Positions 34,650 to 39,014 of a stretch of DNA of 39,014 bases are shown one piece after another. A program made the translations under genes and the position numbers. How positions within the stretch are numbered: position 1 is the first letter of the stretch; every line of letters starts with the position of its first letter. The stretch is from a virus (taxonomy: Duplodnaviria; Caudoviricetes), in IMG/VR virus record IMGVR_UViG_3300024246_000003, positions 1 through 39,014 of that record; one strand, given 5' to 3'. The notes under the pieces are model-generated. The model was not told the origin of the DNA, ran no database searches, and was given only the letters and a program-made list of their open reading frames with translations.

Positions 34650-34678
34650 ACTTTTAGCCTATTTCTGGCCCTTGTCAA
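34650..34678 (-). promoter_or_regulatory. Putative promoter giving leaderless terS mRNA
   Basis: TTGACA-17 nt-AAAAGT-6 nt-GTG; same 35-nt spacing to the start codon as the 6131 promoter; weak -10. Confidence 0.55.
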
Positions 34679-34719
34679 GCGCTTTTCGTGTTTTGTTCGC
34701 TTTTTGGCCCGGCCTCTGC

Positions 34720-35187
34720 TCATTTTGCCGGCACACCCAGCAGCTTCTCGCGCACGTATTCCACCGGTATGTCGCTCGATAGGTCCTGGCTGAAGCTGGC
34801 TGTCCATGCGCGGAGCTTGGCTTCTAGCTCGTCAGCGCATTGGATATACGCCTTCGCTTTGTCAGTATGAATAGGGACTGCTGAGCTTTTCCACTCGTTC
34901 CCTTGTTTGCGCCACTCCCGCACCAGCTCCATCAATGGCTTGAGTTCGCTCATGGCTCCAACGCTTTCTGCTTGGCGGCGTCCCAATCTTGCGAGATGTA
35001 AGTAAAACCCATCATTTCCCGCATCTCCTGCCCCGCCACGAGCAACGGTAGCAACCGGCGCATCGCTAGTTGCTGGCGCTGGCTCGGCGATGGCTTGCTC
35101 AAGTTCGTCGGCACACCATGCCCAAATACTTGGGCCATTAGTCTTGACCTCACGCCACTTCGCTATCAGTTCTCTGAGTTTGTCCAT
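34720..35187 (-). CDS. Hypothetical protein with two related 'WR...CADELE' modules (second start likely at 34953)
   Basis: KLRELIAKWRE...WCADELEQAI and LMELVREWRK...QCADELEAKL. Confidence 0.6.
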   Translation of the reverse strand: MDKLRELIAKWREVKTNGPSIWAWCADELEQAIAEPAPATSDAPVATVARGGAGDAGNDGFYLHLARLGRRQAESVGAMSELKPLMELVREWRKQGNEWKSSAVPIHTDKAKAYIQCADELEAKLRAWTASFSQDLSSDIPVEYVREKLLGVPAK

Positions 35188-35213
35188 CACTTCCCCTTTC
35201 GCCTCCGCATCCC

Positions 35214-35723
35214 TTATCGCTCTGTAGATCGCTGCTCGCGCTCGGCCAGGATAAACGCAGCAATATGCCGCCCGGTTCCTTTGCCTGGCTTCCCGTCTTC
35301 TGTGCTCAACCACTTGACATCTCCGAGATTACGGATATGCGCTCCCGCTTCGATGAGCATAAGAACCCATTTATCTATCGGGAATACCAGAACCACGGCC
35401 TTTCCTTTTGCGTGTTCAGCCATCGCCTTCCTAGCCCATGCGGTCATTCCCTTCTTTTTGCCTTGATGCATCACGGATCCAAACGGCGGATTGACGTAGT
35501 TCGATTGGCCCCATTCGCAGGTAAGTCCGTCAAATCCATCTGGTAACGGATACGGAGCGGGGTCGAAATCGAATCTAAATTCCTCGTTGAGCTTTGCGTA
35601 CAAATCCGTGGGCGTGAGCCAGTAGTGCTTGCCATCGGATGCCCCGACGTGAAACTTATTGGCTGCTGGAGCAATCCCAATGCCCCCGCGTTTAACTACA
35701 CCCTTCGCTCTCGATCTAAACAT
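35214..35723 (-). CDS. Phage DNA N6-adenine methyltransferase-like protein
   Basis: WLTPTDLYAKLNEEFRFDFDPAP...DGL.CEWGQSNYVNPPF. Confidence 0.85.
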   Translation of the reverse strand: MFRSRAKGVVKRGGIGIAPAANKFHVGASDGKHYWLTPTDLYAKLNEEFRFDFDPAPYPLPDGFDGLTCEWGQSNYVNPPFGSVMHQGKKKGMTAWARKAMAEHAKGKAVVLVFPIDKWVLMLIEAGAHIRNLGDVKWLSTEDGKPGKGTGRHIAAFILAEREQRSTER

Positions 35724-35949
35724 CCCGCCCTCCACCCTTCTTCTGAGGGAGACGCCGCGCCTCACGCTCAAGAATTTGGCTGCCGAGGTCTATTAAATCT
35801 GCTTCGGCCCAACCGTTTCGGAAATCAGAATTTGGATTTTCCTGCGGCTTGCCGTCCATTCGCGCAACCATTCCAGCAACATAGTTCTCTATCCGCTCAC
35901 GTCTTGCTGGCGGAATCTTCCTGTAAAGCTCCTGCCACTTATTTGCCAT
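35716..35949 (-). CDS. Hypothetical protein
   Basis: Coupled ORF; ends with RLPQK shared with upstream ORF. Confidence 0.6.
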   Translation of the reverse strand: MANKWQELYRKIPPARRERIENYVAGMVARMDGKPQENPNSDFRNGWAEADLIDLGSQILEREARRLPQKKGGGRDV

Positions 35950-36178
35950 TTCGTTTCACCTTCTGAGGGAGACGCTCGACGGAGCGCTTGAAATTAACTT
36001 CAATGCGGTATCCTGCGACTTCCTTTGCTTCTGTGCACACAACCATTTCGACGGCCTCAAGCCAACTCTTTTCGATTAGCTTCGGGTCCGCTTCTGTAGG
36101 AGTCCATCTCGCCCAGCTAGGACCTCGCCTACGAAATCTATCCGGGTCCCGCCCCATCCCCGCTCTCTGTTTGCTCAC
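35939..36178 (-). CDS. Hypothetical protein
   Basis: GAGGTG SD. Confidence 0.6.
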   Translation of the reverse strand: MSKQRAGMGRDPDRFRRRGPSWARWTPTEADPKLIEKSWLEAVEMVVCTEAKEVAGYRIEVNFKRSVERLPQKVKRNGK

Positions 36179-36217
36179 ACGTCACCTCGCTTCGTCCGCT
36201 TCCGCTCCAACGCCGCC

Positions 36218-36559
36218 TCATTCGCCATGCCGTACCTTCCCAGGGATGCCCAGCCAGCTCTCCAGTTTCTCGGCAGCTTCGTCAAGGTCTGGATATATAC
36301 ATACGCAATCCTTGTCGTCCCAGGCTAAGGATTTTACTTCCTCAATCAGCCGCTTCCCCTCCGCCAGCCCAGCCACGAGCGCGGGGATGGCATTGACGGC
36401 GGCACACTCTAAAGCCCTATCATCTTCGTGCTGCCCTCTTGCCCAAGGGTGCTCGGCGTCTGCCCGCTGTTTCAAGGCATCCAGTCTCGCAATCAGTTCG
36501 CTCAATGTGTCAGCCATGCCGCACCTTCCCTTGTCTAGCCATCGCTGCCTCTCGCTCAC
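36218..36559 (-). CDS. Hypothetical protein
   Basis: ECAAVNAIPALV motif common in small phage early proteins. Confidence 0.65.
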   Translation of the reverse strand: MSERQRWLDKGRCGMADTLSELIARLDALKQRADAEHPWARGQHEDDRALECAAVNAIPALVAGLAEGKRLIEEVKSLAWDDKDCVCIYPDLDEAAEKLESWLGIPGKVRHGE

Positions 36560-36804
36560 TTGACCAATATTTTAATGGCTTCCGAGTGGTAGTGAATCGC
36601 CTTCGTATGATGGTCAACCGCCTCGGTCAGATTGCGAATGCTTGAGTTCGTGCTCTGCATATATCGAACTAAATCCTGCCGCGTTTTAATCAACTCTTCG
36701 CGTGTCTCATAAAGGCTGTTTTCTAGCACGGTCAAGCGAATCATCATAAAGCCCGTCCACGCGAATAAAATAATCATTGCTATCGTTCTGATTTTGTTGC
36801 TCAT
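36556..36804 (-). CDS. Single-TM plus coiled-coil protein
   Basis: Strong SD; N-terminal hydrophobic helix. Confidence 0.7.
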   Translation of the reverse strand: MSNKIRTIAMIILFAWTGFMMIRLTVLENSLYETREELIKTRQDLVRYMQSTNSSIRNLTEAVDHHTKAIHYHSEAIKILVK

Positions 36805-36822
36805 CTCTCCCCCTTTCCCTGC

Positions 36823-37164
36823 TCACCGCACAACTTTGTAATCATCTACGCACGGAAAATGCCGCCACTCGTTTCCAATCGGGCCAGCAATCAGCACGGC
36901 AGGCATCGGCTTCCAATACGGCCAGCCGTCGTACATGCCTATGGCGATGAGGTCATGCCAGTAGTCACCTTCGCGCACCCTAACCCGGATACCGTTCAAA
37001 TGCAGCCGCTCGACTTGCCAGAGCAATTCTAAATCATTCTGCATATCTTCCATCTTGCGGAACTCGCTCGTGCAGCGGCAGGAATAGCTCTGGTAAAAAT
37101 CATGCGTCCAATCAATCGGCCCTAGCAATTCACCTTCGCGCTGCGTTACTTGGTACGTTCTCAT
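36823..37164 (-). CDS. Hypothetical protein flanked by 28-bp imperfect repeats
   Basis: Strong SD; repeats at 36800-36827 and 37160-37187. Confidence 0.7.
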   Translation of the reverse strand: MRTYQVTQREGELLGPIDWTHDFYQSYSCRCTSEFRKMEDMQNDLELLWQVERLHLNGIRVRVREGDYWHDLIAIGMYDGWPYWKPMPAVLIAGPIGNEWRHFPCVDDYKVVR

Positions 37165-37203
37165 CCTTCCCCCTTGCCCTGCTAACCCGCTACCTTACAC
37201 GGC

Positions 37204-37401
37204 TTAACCCACAGAAAGCTCTTTACACCCACATCGTGGACACTCGCTATCAGACAAGCCAACAGCTAATTTACTAACGCCCTTTCTGATGCATAAATCG
37301 CCTTTATCGCCACAATTTCTGCACCACCATCCCGCGATATAAGCGTTCTCGAACCATTCACCACTATGCCTGAATATCCATTCTTCTTTCATTTGCTTCA
37401 T
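37204..37401 (-). CDS. Zn-ribbon protein
   Basis: CRNCG...CPRCGC. Confidence 0.7.
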   Translation of the reverse strand: MKQMKEEWIFRHSGEWFENAYIAGWWCRNCGDKGDLCIRKGVSKLAVGLSDSECPRCGCKELSVG

Positions 37402-37676
37402 CTCAGCCTCCCTACCGCACTGTCAACCCTGTCTTGCTCTCTCTGTGCCAAAGCTCTGACTTGGGCCTCCAGTAGCCTCCCATGTGCGCTGGCGAGCCAG
37501 TTTACAGCGAATCGCTTGTAGTTCCTGGGCTTGCGCCGGGGATTCGCTTCTAGCCACTCGCCCATCTTTAACACTTCCCGCTCAATGTCAACTCCAGGGT
37601 ACGTGAAGCGCCAGCGGTCCTCGCAGACTGACAAGATGCTCCAAAGCTCTGGAACATCGGGCCAGTTCACACCCAT
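37398..37676 (-). CDS. Stand-alone domain resembling the C-terminus of phage replication initiators
   Basis: W..TYPGVDIEREVLKMGEWLEANPRRK.RNYKRFAVNWL. Confidence 0.65.
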   Translation of the reverse strand: MGVNWPDVPELWSILSVCEDRWRFTYPGVDIEREVLKMGEWLEANPRRKPRNYKRFAVNWLASAHGRLLEAQVRALAQREQDRVDSAVGRLR

Positions 37677-37708
37677 TGCTTCCTACATGTCTCTACTCTG
37701 AAGCAGTT

Positions 37709-38314
37709 GGCCGATGCTTGGTTCCCATTCCAAAGGCTTGTCGCCTGCTTAAGAGCAGTACGGGCCAGTCTTATGGAAGCCGCACAATTCCTGACCAATG
37801 AGGACGAACAATTGAGCGCATCCTGTAGTCGCAGGTTGTCAGGGTCGGGACAGCGCCTGCTATTGGAATGCGAACAACCACTTGGCCCTGTTGCTGGCTC
37901 TGCTGCCGGAAGGATGCTTGCGAGCTCGTCGGGCACTCTACCAGCTGAGCTATAACACGCTTTTGGCGTGAAGGAGGCATCGAACCCCCGACTTCCCGAT
38001 GTGCAAGCATCCATCGAACAGCAGAAAACCAGCCATCGGCCTGTCGGTGCTCCGCTCGCTGATTCACTTCTAAAACGTGCTGCCGAAACGAATCCGAGAC
38101 CAGCCGGACGAAGTAGAGCAACACGTCTTTCTGTCGCGGAATCTCTCCGCGCACCACTGCGAGCGAAGCACAAACAAGCCGATGTACTTCTCCAGCTGCT
38201 CGGAAGGATGTATTGGCTTGCCAGACGCGAACCTGGCTCAATTTGTCTGTGTATCGTCGGCAATGCGACGGCACCGCGCTCACAAAAAGAAGCCAACACA
38301 CCCATCCGAACAGC
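37709..38314 (-). ncRNA. Array of four long-stemmed structured RNA domains
   Basis: Closing stems of about 25-30 bp: 38195-38314, 38034-38184, 37893-38033, 37709-37887; many G-U pairs work only on the minus strand. Confidence 0.75.
37912..38012 (-). ncRNA. Circularly permuted tRNA-like RNA (YrlA/Y RNA-like)
   Basis: Order: TCGGG, AAGTC, T arm GGGGG-TTCGATG-CCTCC, closed acceptor CACGC-CAAAA-GCGTG, TA, D arm GCTC-AGCTGGTA-GAGT, G, CCCGA; closed by GGATGCTTGC/GCAAGCATCC. Confidence 0.8.
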
Positions 38315-38502
38315 CGAAGCACTGCACCCTCGATTGGTTCTGGAGTCGAGGCCGTGAACCAGCTTGTAGGAAAGTTTGATTTGTTGTGGGAGAACATCTG
38401 ACCCTCCTACAAGGGTTGGAAGGGGATTGTGTAGGCAACCCCCTGTCCAAAAACTGACCGGGGCTACCGAATAGCGTGCAGCCGCGCCAGCTCGTGAATT
38501 AC

Positions 38503-38532
38503 TTTTTACCTCGCTCAGTACCATCTTGTCAA
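38503..38532 (-). promoter_or_regulatory. Putative promoter upstream of the structured RNA region
   Basis: TTGACA at 38532-38527 in an AT-rich intergenic tract; TAAAAA after 18 nt (weak -10). Confidence 0.55.
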
Positions 38533-38591
38533 CGAAAAAATGGCGAAAGCTAGAAAATACTTTAAGGTGGCGAGTTGAGCGCATGTTGGTA

Positions 38592-38864
38592 CTAGTCCTT
38601 GACTTTCGTCTCGCGCACTTCAACCGATGTAGTGACCTTGCCTTCCGCTCTATCCACTAGTTCTTTGGCGGCGGGGATATTCCCGCCGAGAGCGGCCTTT
38701 GCCAAAACTAAGGCAATGCCCTGCGCAAAGGTGATGCCGCGAGGATTCCCCGGAACCTTCGAATTGAGAATCTCGCGGCACGCCTCTTTGAATGCGCTGT
38801 TAGAGTGCGGCCCCTTCGCCATCTCTATGAGCTTCGGGGCATCGTCTTTGGCTACAAGCTTCAT
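38592..38864 (-). CDS. TerS/DUF5681-related protein lacking the GNPxGRP motif
   Basis: LAKAALGGNIPAAKELVDRAEGKVTTSVEV compared with terS LLREMAERTEGKVAQEVQL. Confidence 0.65.
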   Translation of the reverse strand: MKLVAKDDAPKLIEMAKGPHSNSAFKEACREILNSKVPGNPRGITFAQGIALVLAKAALGGNIPAAKELVDRAEGKVTTSVEVRETKVKD

Positions 38865-38887
38865 GCAGTGAGAAGAAACACTTTCTG

Positions 38888-39014
38888 CTGTGTTTTGGGA
38901 TCAACTTTACCATTGCGGAATTCCATGTCTTTGGTCTTGAGTAGCTTTCCGCCAACATTCGACACAGCATTGCCCTGGCTGGTACTCAGCCTACTTTCAA
39001 TTACATCGCACATC
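38888..39014. repeat. Terminal direct repeat, copy 2
   Basis: Identical to 1-127. Confidence 0.95.

Noticed and set aside
37912-38012. Canonical tRNA, tRNA-derived attP, or two-piece tmRNA
   Set aside because: Halves are in reversed order with no anticodon loop; no integrase; a full D stem and no evident tag reading frame argue against tmRNA
37667-38623. 318-aa and 208-aa minus-strand ORFs as conventional proteins
   Set aside because: Ser/Arg/Ala/Cys-rich with no motifs, and they overlap extensive RNA pairing including the tRNA-like domain; the 208-codon frame is kept only as a possible regulatory leader
8-38871. Plus-strand ORFs in the track
   Set aside because: They shadow coupled minus-strand genes or the RNA array and show no recognisable motifs
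1-39014. CRISPR array, diversity-generating retroelement, retron or recoded genetic code
   Set aside because: No regularly spaced repeats, no reverse transcriptase motif, and core genes are intact in the standard code

Overview
Apparently complete, circularly assembled genome (38,887 bp plus a 127-bp terminal overlap) of a P22-like podophage. Every credible gene is on the minus strand. In transcription order: structured non-coding region and short replication-initiator-like gene; small hypotheticals and a DNA adenine methyltransferase; terS and terL; GroES-like gene; portal, scaffold and P22-type coat; adaptor, gp10-like tail hub, GNAT and three ejection proteins; four tail fibre/spike-type proteins; lysis module with an M15 peptidase endolysin; early operon with many Zn-finger microproteins, a putative ssDNA-annealing protein and nucleases. 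I recognise no integrase, CI-type repressor, polymerase, primase or helicase. Main findings: (1) all four receptor-binding-type proteins carry Sec-type signal peptides and even numbers of locally paired cysteines, suggesting export and oxidative folding before joining the virion; (2) a ~600-nt array of four long-stemmed RNA domains at 37709-38314, one capped by a circularly permuted tRNA mimic resembling YrlA Y RNA, although no Ro60 gene is recognisable; (3) probable ATA and ATC start codons on the coat and adaptor genes; (4) accessory genes repeatedly flanked by short duplications of the gene junction. All family assignments are motif recognition by eye, not database results.
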